Made by a program: the position numbers and the translations under genes
Shown here: positions 9,872 through 20,013 of the stretch, piece after piece
Layout: every line of letters begins with the position of its first letter
Position numbering within the stretch: the first letter of the stretch is position 1
The notes under the pieces: generated by a model
Told to the model about the DNA's origin: nothing
The model's input: only the letters and a program-made list of their open reading frames with translations
The model's database searches: none
NCBI GenBank assembly: GCA_964478155.1
Contig: CAYZGT010000001.1
Coordinates: forward strand, 83,557-147,556
Origin: an uncultured Simplicispira sp.
GTDB lineage: Bacteria; Pseudomonadota; Gammaproteobacteria; Burkholderiales; Burkholderiaceae_C
Length of the DNA stretch: 64,000 nt
Direction of reading: 5' to 3'

Positions 9872-12499
9872 ATGATGAATACTGCCCACCGCAAACCCCT
9901 TCTTGGCACGGCCTTGGAGTATTTCGACGCATGCGAAGCCGTCGAACAACTCCAGCCCGGCGCTTGGGCCACCCTGCCCTACACGGCCCGCGTCCATGCG
10001 GAGAACTTAGTACGCCGTGCCGATCCGGCACAGCTGAACGCCTTTTTACGCCAGTTGATTGAGCGCAAGCGTGACATTGACTTCCCTTGGTTCCCTGTAC
10101 GGGTGGTGTGCCACGATATCCTAGGCCAGACAGCTTTGGTGGATCTGGCGGGTTTGCGCGATGCGATTGCCAAAGAGGGCGGTGATCCGGCAGCGGTCAA
10201 TCCGGTGGTGCCAGTACAACTCATCGTCGATCACTCGCTGGCCGTGGAATGCGGCGGTTTTGACCCTGATGCCTTTGCCAAGAATCGGGCGATTGAAGAG
10301 CGCCGCAACGAAGACCGTTTTCACTTCATCGAGTGGACAAAGAAGGCGTTCGCCAATGTGGATGTCATTCCGGCAGGCAATGGCATCATGCACCAGATCA
10401 ATCTGGAGAAGATGTCGCCTGTGGTGTACGTGCAGGACGGCGTAGCTTTCCCCGACACTTGCGTGGGCACTGACAGCCATACGCCCCACGTCGATGCGCT
10501 GGGCGTGATTGCCGTGGGCGTGGGCGGGCTGGAAGCCGAGAACGTGATGCTGGGCCGCGCCTCCTGGATGCGCCTGCCGGATATCGTGGGTGTCAAGCTC
10601 ACGGGCCAGCGTCAGCCGGGCATCACCGCCACCGACATTGCGCTGGCGCTGACCGAGTTTCTGCGCCAAGAAAAAGTGGTGGGCGCGTATGTGGAGTTTT
10701 TCGGCGCGGGGGCAGACAGCCTCTCGATTGGCGACCGTGCCACCATCTCGAATATGTGCCCCGAGTACGGTGCTACGGCGGCGCTGTTTTATATCGACCC
10801 GCAGACCACCGACTACCTGCGCCTGACCGACCGCAGCCCAGAGCAGGTGCGCTTGGTAGAAACCTATGCCAAGACTGCCGGTCTGTGGGCTGACACGCTG
10901 CGCGAGGTGCAGTACGAGCGTGTGCTCTCGTTCGATCTCTCCAGCGTGGTGCGCAACATGGCCGGCCCCAGCAATCCGCACCGCCGCTTGCCGACCTCGG
11001 CACTGGTGGATCGCGGTATTGCTGGCCCGATCAAACTGGAGATGGCCCGCGCCGAAGAGGCCGAGGGGTTGATGCCTGATGGTGCTGTCATTATTGCGGC
11101 CATCACCAGCTGCACTAACACCAGCAACCCGCGCAATGTCATCGCCGCAGGCCTGCTGGCGCGCAACGCCCGCCGTCTGGGCTTAGCGCGCAAACCGTGG
11201 GTCAAGACCTCGCTCGCCCCCGGCTCCAAGGCGGTAGAGCTGTACCTGAAAGAGGCCGGGCTGCTACAAGATCTAGAAGCACTGGGCTTTGGCATCGTCG
11301 CTTTTGCCTGCACCACTTGCAATGGTATGAGCGGTGCGCTTGACCCGAAAATTCAGCAAGAAATCATCGACCGCGATCTGTACGCCACGGCGGTACTCTC
11401 GGGCAACCGCAACTTCGACGGGCGCATCCACCCCTATGCCAAGCAAGCCTTTTTGGCCAGCCCGCCGCTGGTGGTGGCCTACGCTATCGCGGGCACGGTG
11501 CGCTTCGACATTGAAAACGATGCCTTTGCCGTGGTGGATGGCCAGCCTGTGCGCCTGAAACACCTGTGGCCTAGCGACGAGGAGATCGATGCCATCGTGG
11601 CAAAGGCTGTCAAGCCCGAGCAGTTCCGGGCCGTGTACGAGCCGATGTTTACCATCCGTCAGGACGATGGTTCAAAGGCTGCGCCGCAGTACGACTGGAG
11701 AGCGCAGTCCACTTACATCCGCCGCCCGCCTTACTGGGATGCGGAAGGTGTGGGCGCACTGGCAGCCTACCCGCGCACGCTGAGAAACATGCGCACGCTG
11801 GCCCTTTTGGGCGACAACATCACCACCGACCACCTCTCCCCCTCCAACGCCATTTTGGCCGACAGTGCGGCAGGCGAGTACCTGGCGAAGATGGGGCTGC
11901 CGGAGGAAGACTTCAATTCCTACGCTACGCACCGGGGCGATCACCTGACGGCCATGCGTGCCACCTTTGCCAACCCGCAGTTGGTCAACGAGATGGCGCT
12001 GGTCGATGGCAAAGTGCAAAAAGGCTCGCTGGCGCGCATCGAGCCGGAAGGAAAAGTGGTGCGCATGTGGGAGGCCATCGAGACCTACCTGAACCGCCGC
12101 CAGCCGCTCATCATCATTGCCGGGGCGGACTACGGCCAAGGGTCGAGTCGCGACTGGGCCGCCAAGGGCGTGCGCCTGGCGGGCGTGGAAACGGTAGTGG
12201 CCGAGGGCTTTGAACGCATCCACCGCACCAACCTGATCGGCATGGGCGTGCTGCCGCTGGAGTTTCAGCCGGGCGTGAACCGCTTGACGCTCAAACTGGA
12301 CGGCACCGAGACCTACGATGTAGAAGGCAATTTGGAGCCGCGTGCCGAACTGACGCTGCTCATCCACCGCCAAAACGGACAGACCGACCATGTGACCACC
12401 ACCTGCCGCCTCGATACTGCCGAAGAAGTTTCAGTGTACGAAGCGGGCGGCGTGTTACAGCGTTTCGCGCAAGATTTTTTGGCATCCCATCGGGCTTGA
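9872..12499 (+). CDS. acnD: Fe/S-dependent 2-methylisocitrate dehydratase
   Basis: VCHDILGQTALVDLAGLR, TSCTNTSNP, CTTCNGMSG; followed by prpF. Confidence 0.97.
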   Translation: MMNTAHRKPLLGTALEYFDACEAVEQLQPGAWATLPYTARVHAENLVRRADPAQLNAFLRQLIERKRDIDFPWFPVRVVCHDILGQTALVDLAGLRDAIAKEGGDPAAVNPVVPVQLIVDHSLAVECGGFDPDAFAKNRAIEERRNEDRFHFIEWTKKAFANVDVIPAGNGIMHQINLEKMSPVVYVQDGVAFPDTCVGTDSHTPHVDALGVIAVGVGGLEAENVMLGRASWMRLPDIVGVKLTGQRQPGITATDIALALTEFLRQEKVVGAYVEFFGAGADSLSIGDRATISNMCPEYGATAALFYIDPQTTDYLRLTDRSPEQVRLVETYAKTAGLWADTLREVQYERVLSFDLSSVVRNMAGPSNPHRRLPTSALVDRGIAGPIKLEMARAEEAEGLMPDGAVIIAAITSCTNTSNPRNVIAAGLLARNARRLGLARKPWVKTSLAPGSKAVELYLKEAGLLQDLEALGFGIVAFACTTCNGMSGALDPKIQQEIIDRDLYATAVLSGNRNFDGRIHPYAKQAFLASPPLVVAYAIAGTVRFDIENDAFAVVDGQPVRLKHLWPSDEEIDAIVAKAVKPEQFRAVYEPMFTIRQDDGSKAAPQYDWRAQSTYIRRPPYWDAEGVGALAAYPRTLRNMRTLALLGDNITTDHLSPSNAILADSAAGEYLAKMGLPEEDFNSYATHRGDHLTAMRATFANPQLVNEMALVDGKVQKGSLARIEPEGKVVRMWEAIETYLNRRQPLIIIAGADYGQGSSRDWAAKGVRLAGVETVVAEGFERIHRTNLIGMGVLPLEFQPGVNRLTLKLDGTETYDVEGNLEPRAELTLLIHRQNGQTDHVTTTCRLDTAEEVSVYEAGGVLQRFAQDFLASHRA

Positions 12500-12503
12500 A
12501 GCC

Positions 12504-13685
12504 ATGACCCAATACCTTCCCCAAATCCGCATCCCTGCTACTTACATGAGGGGTGGCACCAGCAAAGGCGTGTTCTTCCGCCTGCAAGACCTGCCCGAAG
12601 CCGCGCAGCAGCCCGGCCCGGCGCGTGACAAATTGTTCCAGCGCGTCATCGGCAGCCCCGACCCCTACGGCGCACAAATCGACGGCATGGGCGGCGCAAC
12701 GTCGAGCACCAGCAAGTGCGTGATCCTCTCCAAGAGCACGCGGCCTGGGCACGATGTGGATTACCTCTACGGCCAAGTGTCCATCGATAAGGACTTTGTG
12801 GACTGGAGCGGCAACTGCGGTAACCTCTCTACCGCTGCCGGGGCTTTTGCTATCCATGCGGGTTTGGTAGATGCCAGTCGCACCCCTGAGAACGGCGTGT
12901 GTGTGGTGCGCATCTGGCAGGCCAACATCGGCAAAACCATCATCGCCCACGTGCCCATCGCGGGCGGGCAGGTGCAGGAAACCGGCGACTTCGAACTGGA
13001 CGGCGTGACCTTTCCGGCTGCCGAAATCGTGCTGGAATTCATCGATCCCTCAGACGAGGGTGAAGACGGCGGCGCGATGTTCCCTAGCGGCAATCTGGTG
13101 GATGAACTGGAAGTGCCCGGCATTGGCACCTTCAAGGCCACCATGATCAATGCGGGTATTCCTACCGTGTTCGTCAACGCTGCCGACATCGGCTACCAAG
13201 GCACAGAGCTGCGCGAGGCCATCAACGGCGACCCAGCGCAACTGGCACGCTTTGAGCAGATTCGTGTCGCTGGCGCGCTGCGCATGGGCCTGATTCAAAC
13301 GCCCGAGGAGGCGGCCACGCGCCAGCACACGCCCAAAATTGCCTTTGTCAGTCCGCCCAAGGACTACACCGCCTCCAGCGGCAAGGTGATTGAGGCAGCG
13401 GATGTAGACCTGCTGGTACGCGCCCTGTCTATGGGCAAGCTGCACCACGCCATGATGGGCACTTGCGCAGTTGCTATTGGTACGGCGGCGGCCATTCCCG
13501 GCACGCTGGTGAACCTGGCTGCTGGTGGTGGTGAACGCCACGCCGTGCGCTTTGGCCACCCCTCGGGCACCTTGCGCGTGGGTGCGGAGGCGCAACAAAA
13601 AAACGGCCAGTGGACAGTCACTAAAGCGGTAATGAGCCGCAGTGCCCGCATCCTGATGGAAGGTTGGGTGCGCGTACCTGGTTAA
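12504..13685 (+). CDS. prpF: 2-methylaconitate cis-trans isomerase
   Basis: MRGGTSKG, SSTSK, WSGNCGNL, GHPSG, SRSARILMEG. Confidence 0.97.
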   Translation: MTQYLPQIRIPATYMRGGTSKGVFFRLQDLPEAAQQPGPARDKLFQRVIGSPDPYGAQIDGMGGATSSTSKCVILSKSTRPGHDVDYLYGQVSIDKDFVDWSGNCGNLSTAAGAFAIHAGLVDASRTPENGVCVVRIWQANIGKTIIAHVPIAGGQVQETGDFELDGVTFPAAEIVLEFIDPSDEGEDGGAMFPSGNLVDELEVPGIGTFKATMINAGIPTVFVNAADIGYQGTELREAINGDPAQLARFEQIRVAGALRMGLIQTPEEAATRQHTPKIAFVSPPKDYTASSGKVIEAADVDLLVRALSMGKLHHAMMGTCAVAIGTAAAIPGTLVNLAAGGGERHAVRFGHPSGTLRVGAEAQQKNGQWTVTKAVMSRSARILMEGWVRVPG

Positions 13686-13746
13686 TCGCGGTTCTTCTGC
13701 AGGAGTTTTCTCCTTTGGAGGCATAGCAAAAACCCCTGTTTTCATT

Positions 13747-13779
13747 GCTGCTAACCCTTGCCAGACAGGCGCTAGCAGC
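13747..13779. repeat. REP-like hairpin
   Basis: GCTGCTA...TAGCAGC arms around a CTTGCCAGACAGGCGC core, related to the 9772-9847 element. Confidence 0.45.
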
Positions 13780-13809
13780 GGTCTTTGGTTTCAAGTATTG
13801 GAGGGATGG

Positions 13810-14670
13810 ATGTCCACCCGCAAGCAACTCAAGCAACTCGTCGAGGCCCGCAATGGCCTGCTCGTTCCGGGCGCATTCAACGCACTATCGGCCAGGGTCA
13901 TCGCCGATTTGGGCTTTCAGGCTATCTACGTCACTGGTGCAGGTGTGACCAATATGTGGTTTGGTATGCCCGATCAAGGTTTTATGGGCCTGCACGAAAT
14001 CGCTGAGCACACGGCGCGCATCCGCGATGCGGTTGATGTGCCGCTCATCGTCGATGCCGATACCGGCTTTGGCAATGCGCTCAACGTAGTGCATACCGTA
14101 CGCACGCTGGAGCGTGCCGGGGCCGACTGCATTCAGCTAGAAGACCAGGTGGCACCCAAGCGCTGCGGGCACTTTAGCGGTAAGGAGGTCATCAGCACAG
14201 AAGAGGCTGTCAGCAAAATCAAGGCCGCCGTCGATGCGCGGCGTGATCCAGATTTCCTCATCATGGCGCGCACCGATGCTGCCGCTACGCATGGCTTTGA
14301 AGCGGCCGTGGAACGTGCGCACAAATTCGCCGAGGCAGGCGCGGACATCCTGTTTGTTGAGGCCGTGACCAAAGCGGAAGAAGTGCGCGCACTACCCCAG
14401 CGGTTGCACAAGCCACAGCTCATGAACATGGTAATCGGTGGACGTACCCCCATCTTCAATGCCGAGCAACTTGGTGAACTGGGCTTCGGCATCGTGCTGT
14501 ACGCCAACGCCGCGCTGCAGGGCGCAGTGATGGGGATGCAAAAGGCTCTGACCGTACTGCGCGACGAGAAGGAAGTGCAGGAATCCAGTGGCCTGGTCAC
14601 GCCGTTTGCTGAACGCCAGCGCTTGGTTGGAAAGCCCGCTTGGGATGTGCTGGAGAAACACTACACCTGA
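13810..14670 (+). CDS. Isocitrate lyase/PEP mutase superfamily lyase, probable methylisocitrate lyase
   Basis: DADTGFG, LEDQVAPKRCGHFSGK, ARTDA; occupies the prpB slot, but the sequence is not canonical PrpB. Confidence 0.85.
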   Translation: MSTRKQLKQLVEARNGLLVPGAFNALSARVIADLGFQAIYVTGAGVTNMWFGMPDQGFMGLHEIAEHTARIRDAVDVPLIVDADTGFGNALNVVHTVRTLERAGADCIQLEDQVAPKRCGHFSGKEVISTEEAVSKIKAAVDARRDPDFLIMARTDAAATHGFEAAVERAHKFAEAGADILFVEAVTKAEEVRALPQRLHKPQLMNMVIGGRTPIFNAEQLGELGFGIVLYANAALQGAVMGMQKALTVLRDEKEVQESSGLVTPFAERQRLVGKPAWDVLEKHYT

Positions 14671-14770
14671 ATGGGGACTGACACACGGCCCAGTGTACGC
14701 ATGCCAACCGATTTTCGGCTGGAAATTTACACCGTGAACGCAGAACTACAAAGCCAAATCAGGGGATTCA

Positions 14771-15232
14771 ATGAACGCTGTGAACTTTGTCTGGCCTGGC
14801 TTGTCAGCGCCCGCCTCCACCATTCTCCAGCCTCAAGCTTTGTGCGAGCTGCTGGCAGAGAGGCTGCGTGAGCGCATCCTGTGCCATGAATTTATACCTG
14901 GAACGGACATTGATGAGGTCGTTTTAATGAGGGAGTATGGTGTCAGTCGTACCCCTGTGCGCGAAGCCTTGAAGTTACTACATCATGAAGGACTGCTGAC
15001 AGCTAGGCCCCGGCGCGGCATGTTTGTGACTGTGCTCAGCGAGAAAGAAGTACAGGAAGCACGAGAGATGTTCGAGTCGTTGAGCCGCTATGCGCAGTAT
15101 CGTCCAGCCTACCTGCACATCCCTCGTTCTTTGCTGCATCGGATGCTAGGTATGGCTGAGCAACGTTTGCGCTTAGCCTATGGCCCGGAATTCAATTCCT
15201 TGAGAAACGAGGGGGTACAAAATTTTGTGTAA
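14771..15232 (+). CDS. GntR-family regulator, C-terminally truncated
   Basis: GVSRTPVREAL HTH; only 153 aa; last codons fall inside an IS256-like end. Confidence 0.75.
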   Translation: MNAVNFVWPGLSAPASTILQPQALCELLAERLRERILCHEFIPGTDIDEVVLMREYGVSRTPVREALKLLHHEGLLTARPRRGMFVTVLSEKEVQEAREMFESLSRYAQYRPAYLHIPRSLLHRMLGMAEQRLRLAYGPEFNSLRNEGVQNFV

Positions 15233-15367
15233 ACGGCCAATCTACCGCCAGCGCAAGCTGGCCTGTCCGTAAGCACCATGAACCTCAAGCAACACGATAT
15301 TGCCGAAGAACTGCTCCCGAGCCTGCTGGCCAACTACCAAAAGCCTGAAGACCTCATTGTCAAGTAG
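15209..15367 (+). mobile_element. IS256-family remnant (left IR plus transposase stub)
   Basis: GAGGGGGTACAAAATTTTGTGTAAAC IR-like end; stub MNLKQHDIAEELLPSLLANYQKPEDLIVK* (15278-15367) matches the recalled IS256 transposase N-terminus (LLANYKKPEDLIG). Confidence 0.75.
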
Positions 15368-15392
15368 AACAGAATGCTGGCATCTGAAAATT

Positions 15393-16013
15393 TCAGGTCT
15401 TAATCCGCTGCATTACCAAGGCCAACTCTGGCAGCGAACGAAGCCGCATTTTTGCCATTACATGGTGGCGATGCACTTTGACGGTGCTTTCGGCTATGCC
15501 CAATTGATAGGCAATGACCTTGTTTTGTTTACCTTGTACCAGCAAGGTCAGCACTTCTTTTTCGCGCGGTGTGAGGTGATCATAGCGGGCTTGCAAATTA
15601 GCGCTGGCCTGTTTTTCATAGAAGGCATGAGTAACCCGCGACAGCGCCGAAGTAATCGCTTGCAGCAGCGCCACGCTATCAAACGGTTTTTTCAGAAAAT
15701 CCATAGCCCCGGCTTTCATTGCACGTACCACATCAGGCACATCGCCATGGCCGGTGATAAAAATCACGGGCAATTCCCAGCCGCGCCGGTGCAATTCTTC
15801 TTGTAGGGAGAGGCCATCCAAGCCTGGCATGCGCACATCGAGTACCAAGCAGGCCAATGCCTTGGGATGCTCCAGGGCCAGAAAGTCCAGCGCCGAGGCA
15901 AATACTTCCACCCCCAAACCTTCGGCACGGAGCAGACTGCTTAGAGATTCTCGGATCGAAACGTCATCATCGACCACATAGACGATCGGAGGAGACAGGG
16001 GCAAGGTGGTCAT
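15393..16013 (-). CDS. FixJ/NarL-type response regulator (TodT/StyR/TmoT-like)
   Basis: VVDDD, LVLDVRMPG, FITGHGD, LuxR HTH LTPREKEV. Confidence 0.92.
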   Translation of the reverse strand: MTTLPLSPPIVYVVDDDVSIRESLSSLLRAEGLGVEVFASALDFLALEHPKALACLVLDVRMPGLDGLSLQEELHRRGWELPVIFITGHGDVPDVVRAMKAGAMDFLKKPFDSVALLQAITSALSRVTHAFYEKQASANLQARYDHLTPREKEVLTLLVQGKQNKVIAYQLGIAESTVKVHRHHVMAKMRLRSLPELALVMQRIKT

Positions 16014-18898
16014 GCAGGGTGCGCTGGAATAGAAAAGACAAAGCGTGAACCGGGTGCGCCGGGGTTGTCAAGCCAGAGCGTGCCAGCGTGGATTCCGATA
16101 ATCGATTTGCTGATGGCTAACCCCATCCCCAAGCCATCGCTTTTGGTGGAGTAGAACGCCTCAAAGATGGCGGCGGCTTGTTCAGTGGGGATACCCGGCC
16201 CGGTGTCTTCCACGGCAAAGCGCAGGTGCTCAGGGGGGGCGGCTTGTACCGTGATAGTGATGCGGCGTTCGTGTGCGCCGGGTTGGCGCAGGGCATCGAG
16301 CGCATTGACCAGCAGATTGAGCAGCACTTGCTGCAATTGCACCTGATCGGCCATCAGTTCGGGCAAGGGGGCACGGATGCGCACTTCGATGGCGGTGCCG
16401 GTGTCGAGCAGGGTGCGCCGCAGCATCTGGATCAGGGCATCGATCATGCCGGGCACATTCACCCGTTCGCGCTTGATTCCTTCTTTTTTAAGGAAGCTGC
16501 GAATGCGGGCAATCACATGCCCGGCATGGGCGGCATCACGGTGTACCCGTTGCAAGGCGGCGGCGACTTCTTGGTAGTTGGGCTCCTCCCGTTGCAGCCA
16601 GCGCAAGGCGGCATGGCTGTTGGCGGCGATGGCGGCCAGCGGTTGGTTGACCTCGTGGGCGATAGAGGCCACCAACTCGCCCATGGTGGTCAGCCGCGAC
16701 ACGCGGGCCAAATCGGCCTGGGTTTGTGCCAAGGCATCTTCGGCCATTTTTTGCGCGCTCAAGTCTTCGACAATGACGGCAATCCGTGGCCCCGCTTCTT
16801 CAACCACAGGGATGACAGATGCACAGACCTTGGCCCATAAATAATGGCCGTCTTTGCAGGCGTAGCGTTTTTGCAATTGGTAGCTGCCACAACGCCCCGC
16901 CAACAGGTCGCTGACGTTGTCGCGCGTGGCGGTGCGCTCGGAGGCTTCGGTGATGTCGATCAGCGAGATGCCAATGATCTCTTGGGGGCTGTAGCCCAGC
17001 ATCTGTTGCAGTGCGGGGTTGGCTTTCATGATCTTGCCGTGAACGTCGATCAAGGCAATGCCCACAGCGGCATTCTCATAAAAGCCCTGCCAACGGCGTT
17101 CGGAAATTTGCAGTGCCCGCAGTCCTTCGAGCAAAGATTGGCGGCTGGCAATCAGGTCGCTGGTCAATTCGCTGATGTCGCTGGCCTGGGAGTTGAGTTC
17201 TTTTTGCAGCAGATCGACGGTGCGTTTGACCATGACGAGGTTGCGCACCCGCGCACGCAGCTCTTGCGGCGAGAACGGTTTGGTCAGGTAGTCCTGCACC
17301 AGATTGTCGAGCAGGGTTTCGCGCAGTGCGTCGTCGGCCCGCGCCGAGAGTACCAATACAGGAATTGGGCTGGTGTGCTGTGCGCGCAGTTGGCGAATAA
17401 AGCATTCGCCCCCCATGCCGGGCATCATCAGGTCGGTAATCACCAAATCGGGGGCAGATTGGTACACCAGTGGTAAGGCCAGTTCGCCGCTTTCAGCCAA
17501 CTGCACTTGGTAATCATCGGCCAGCACATCGTACAAAAACTGCCGCAGGTCGGGGTTGTCTTCGGCCACCACAATGCAGGGCTTGTCCGGGTCGGCGGGC
17601 AGCAGGGCCAAGGGGTGGCGTTGTGGCACGGCCACCGGGTCGGGCATGGGCAAGCCAGATGGGTCGGGCGTGCGGACAAACGCACCCGCAGGGGCGCGCA
17701 AGGGCCATTCCATTTGGAAGATGGCCCCGTGTTCTGGTGCGTCCAGCACGGTAATGGTGCCGTGGTGCAGTTCGACAAACTCTTTGACGATATTCAGCCC
17801 TAAGCCGCTGCCTTTGGACGACAAGGCATCTTCGCCCTGGGCATAGCGGTCAAAAATGGCCCGCTTGAGGTGGGCGGGCACGCCAGGGCCGTTGTCTTGC
17901 ACGCTCAACAGCAACCGCTGGTTGGGCAGCCGTTCGCAAGAGCAACGGATGCGGCCACCGGGCGGCGTGAACTTAAAGGCATTGGACAGCAAATTGGTCA
18001 GGATGCGGGCTAACTTGACTTGGTCTACATCGGCATAGAGTTCCGTTTCTCCGGCAAAGTACAAGGTGATGCCCTGTTCTTCTGCCGCTGCTTGGAAGCC
18101 TTCGGCCACTTTGCGCATCAGGCCGACGATGTCGGCGCAGACATAGACCAGTGGCATTTCTCCAGCGTCAATACGGGCCAAATCGAGCAGATCATTGACC
18201 TGTTGCAGCAGGGCTTGGGCGTTGCGTTGGATGGTTTCTAAGCGAAAGCGGTCGCGCTCTCCCCATGGCGTGCTCGATTGCAGCAACTGGTGAACCGGCC
18301 CCAAAATCAAAGTCAGGGGGGTGCGCAGTTCATGGCTGACGTTGGCAAAAAATTTGGTTTTGAAACCGTCGATTTCGCGCAGCTTTTCTAGCGCCGCTTG
18401 GACTTCGCTGTTGCGCCTGGTCAGTGCGGCCTCAATCGCAATTTTTTCCGAGATATTGCGCCCCTCGGGCAGCAAAAAAGCCACCTGCCCAGCATCGTCA
18501 AAGATGGGGGTAAGCGAGAAATCGACCATGATGGTCTGGTGGCCGTGGGATTGGCCATAGATTTCGATGTCGCAGCGCACAAAGCGGCCACTGCGCGCCT
18601 CGGCCACCATGGCCCGTACCCGCTCTTGTGTGGCTTCGGATAGCGCCCACCAGCGTGCCTCCCAAAAAGGGGTGCCCACCACCGCGTCCAGCGTCAAGCC
18701 CGCCCCATCCAGCGCCGCTTGGTTGATTTCAATCACATGGCCGTCCACATCCAGCAGGCCCAGAAACTGGTACATCGAATCCAGAATGATGCGGGCCAGT
18801 TTCTGCCGTTTGACATCGCAGGGGTCGTGCGCTGAAAGCTGAACCCCTTTCACACAGGTTTCCTGTGCAGCGGAAGGGGTGGAGGGGGCAGGCGGCAT
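16010..18898 (-). CDS. Double-kinase hybrid sensor (PAS-HK-REC-PAS-HK; TodS/StyS/TmoS-like)
   Basis: KLARIILDSMYQFLGLLD PAS, SHELRTPL, internal receiver TDLMMP, second PAS, AHEVNQPL; 962 aa. Confidence 0.93.
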   Translation of the reverse strand: MPPAPSTPSAAQETCVKGVQLSAHDPCDVKRQKLARIILDSMYQFLGLLDVDGHVIEINQAALDGAGLTLDAVVGTPFWEARWWALSEATQERVRAMVAEARSGRFVRCDIEIYGQSHGHQTIMVDFSLTPIFDDAGQVAFLLPEGRNISEKIAIEAALTRRNSEVQAALEKLREIDGFKTKFFANVSHELRTPLTLILGPVHQLLQSSTPWGERDRFRLETIQRNAQALLQQVNDLLDLARIDAGEMPLVYVCADIVGLMRKVAEGFQAAAEEQGITLYFAGETELYADVDQVKLARILTNLLSNAFKFTPPGGRIRCSCERLPNQRLLLSVQDNGPGVPAHLKRAIFDRYAQGEDALSSKGSGLGLNIVKEFVELHHGTITVLDAPEHGAIFQMEWPLRAPAGAFVRTPDPSGLPMPDPVAVPQRHPLALLPADPDKPCIVVAEDNPDLRQFLYDVLADDYQVQLAESGELALPLVYQSAPDLVITDLMMPGMGGECFIRQLRAQHTSPIPVLVLSARADDALRETLLDNLVQDYLTKPFSPQELRARVRNLVMVKRTVDLLQKELNSQASDISELTSDLIASRQSLLEGLRALQISERRWQGFYENAAVGIALIDVHGKIMKANPALQQMLGYSPQEIIGISLIDITEASERTATRDNVSDLLAGRCGSYQLQKRYACKDGHYLWAKVCASVIPVVEEAGPRIAVIVEDLSAQKMAEDALAQTQADLARVSRLTTMGELVASIAHEVNQPLAAIAANSHAALRWLQREEPNYQEVAAALQRVHRDAAHAGHVIARIRSFLKKEGIKRERVNVPGMIDALIQMLRRTLLDTGTAIEVRIRAPLPELMADQVQLQQVLLNLLVNALDALRQPGAHERRITITVQAAPPEHLRFAVEDTGPGIPTEQAAAIFEAFYSTKSDGLGMGLAISKSIIGIHAGTLWLDNPGAPGSRFVFSIPAHPA

Positions 18899-18906
18899 GG
18901 GGCAGT

Positions 18907-19926
18907 TCAGAAGAAACGGTCGAAGTGGATTTGTCCGAACGGTACTTTATGCACCACCAGCAGCAATTCTTGCAAGGCCTGGGTCATGGGCGGCGGCCCG
19001 GCAAAGTAGAACTCGTATTGCGCCAACGGTTGGGTCAGTGTGCTGGGTAGGTGGTCGTGGACATACCCTGTCGCCCCCGACCAGTGCTGCACCGCCCCTG
19101 GTGCAGAGACCACGGGCACAAAATGGATGCGCTCGCCAAAGCCTGCCAGCGCCCGCAGCATATCTTCGCCACACACATCTTGCGGTGTGCGGGCACCATA
19201 AAAGAAATACAGATTCCGCTCTTTCAGTAGCCCCGCTTCGGCAGCACCCCGAGCAATCGAGACCATCGGAGCCAGCCCGGAGCCGCCCGCCACGCAGACG
19301 ATATCGCGCGGTGTGTCGGTGCGTAAATAAGCCATGCCATAGGGGCCATCAAGCCCGATTTCGTCACCAATAGCCAGTTGGGTGAACAGTGTGTCGGTAC
19401 CTTGCCCCTGACCGACGCGGCGGATTTGAAAATGCCATTCTCGGGCTGCATTGGCGGTGTTGGCTAAGGAGTAGGCGCGCGAGCCGGTCACGCCGGGCAG
19501 TTCGAGCATGGCGTACTGCCCTGGCAGAAAATCGGCGTGTTCGGTGGCGGTAAAGCAAAACTCGCGGATATCGTGGGTGATGTCGCGCACGCGGCTCAGG
19601 CGGGCTGATTGGCGCAGCGGCGGGCGGGGCGGTACATATTCCGCCGCGCAGGCGACATTGATCGTCACTTCGCCCACGCCCTCGCATTGGCAGGCCAGCA
19701 AGCGGCCCCGTTTGCGGTCGCGCTCGCTCAGGCCGGGGGCTTGCGGCCAGAGGTGGTGGAGCGTGCCAGAAATTAACTCGAATTTGCAGCCACCGCAGCC
19801 GCCGGAGTTGCATTCGTAGGGTAGCCCAACCCCGGCGCGCAAGGCGGCCCGCAAGAGGGTGTCGCCGGGCGCTTGCACAAAGGTGCGGCCATCCTTTTGG
19901 TTGGTAATGTGTGCTGGCTCGTGCAT
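18907..19926 (-). CDS. tmoF: Monooxygenase NADH:ferredoxin reductase
   Basis: YECNSGGCGGCK [2Fe-2S], RAYS, AGGSGLAP, C-terminal FDRFF. Confidence 0.9.
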   Translation of the reverse strand: MHEPAHITNQKDGRTFVQAPGDTLLRAALRAGVGLPYECNSGGCGGCKFELISGTLHHLWPQAPGLSERDRKRGRLLACQCEGVGEVTINVACAAEYVPPRPPLRQSARLSRVRDITHDIREFCFTATEHADFLPGQYAMLELPGVTGSRAYSLANTANAAREWHFQIRRVGQGQGTDTLFTQLAIGDEIGLDGPYGMAYLRTDTPRDIVCVAGGSGLAPMVSIARGAAEAGLLKERNLYFFYGARTPQDVCGEDMLRALAGFGERIHFVPVVSAPGAVQHWSGATGYVHDHLPSTLTQPLAQYEFYFAGPPPMTQALQELLLVVHKVPFGQIHFDRFF

Positions 19927-20013
19927 GGCCTTGTCTCGCTAAAAATATCATCCCTCCGGGGCCGGGCTGGGCACACCAGCCTCCGGACGGGGGGTGGAAC
20001 GCAGGGGTCGTAT

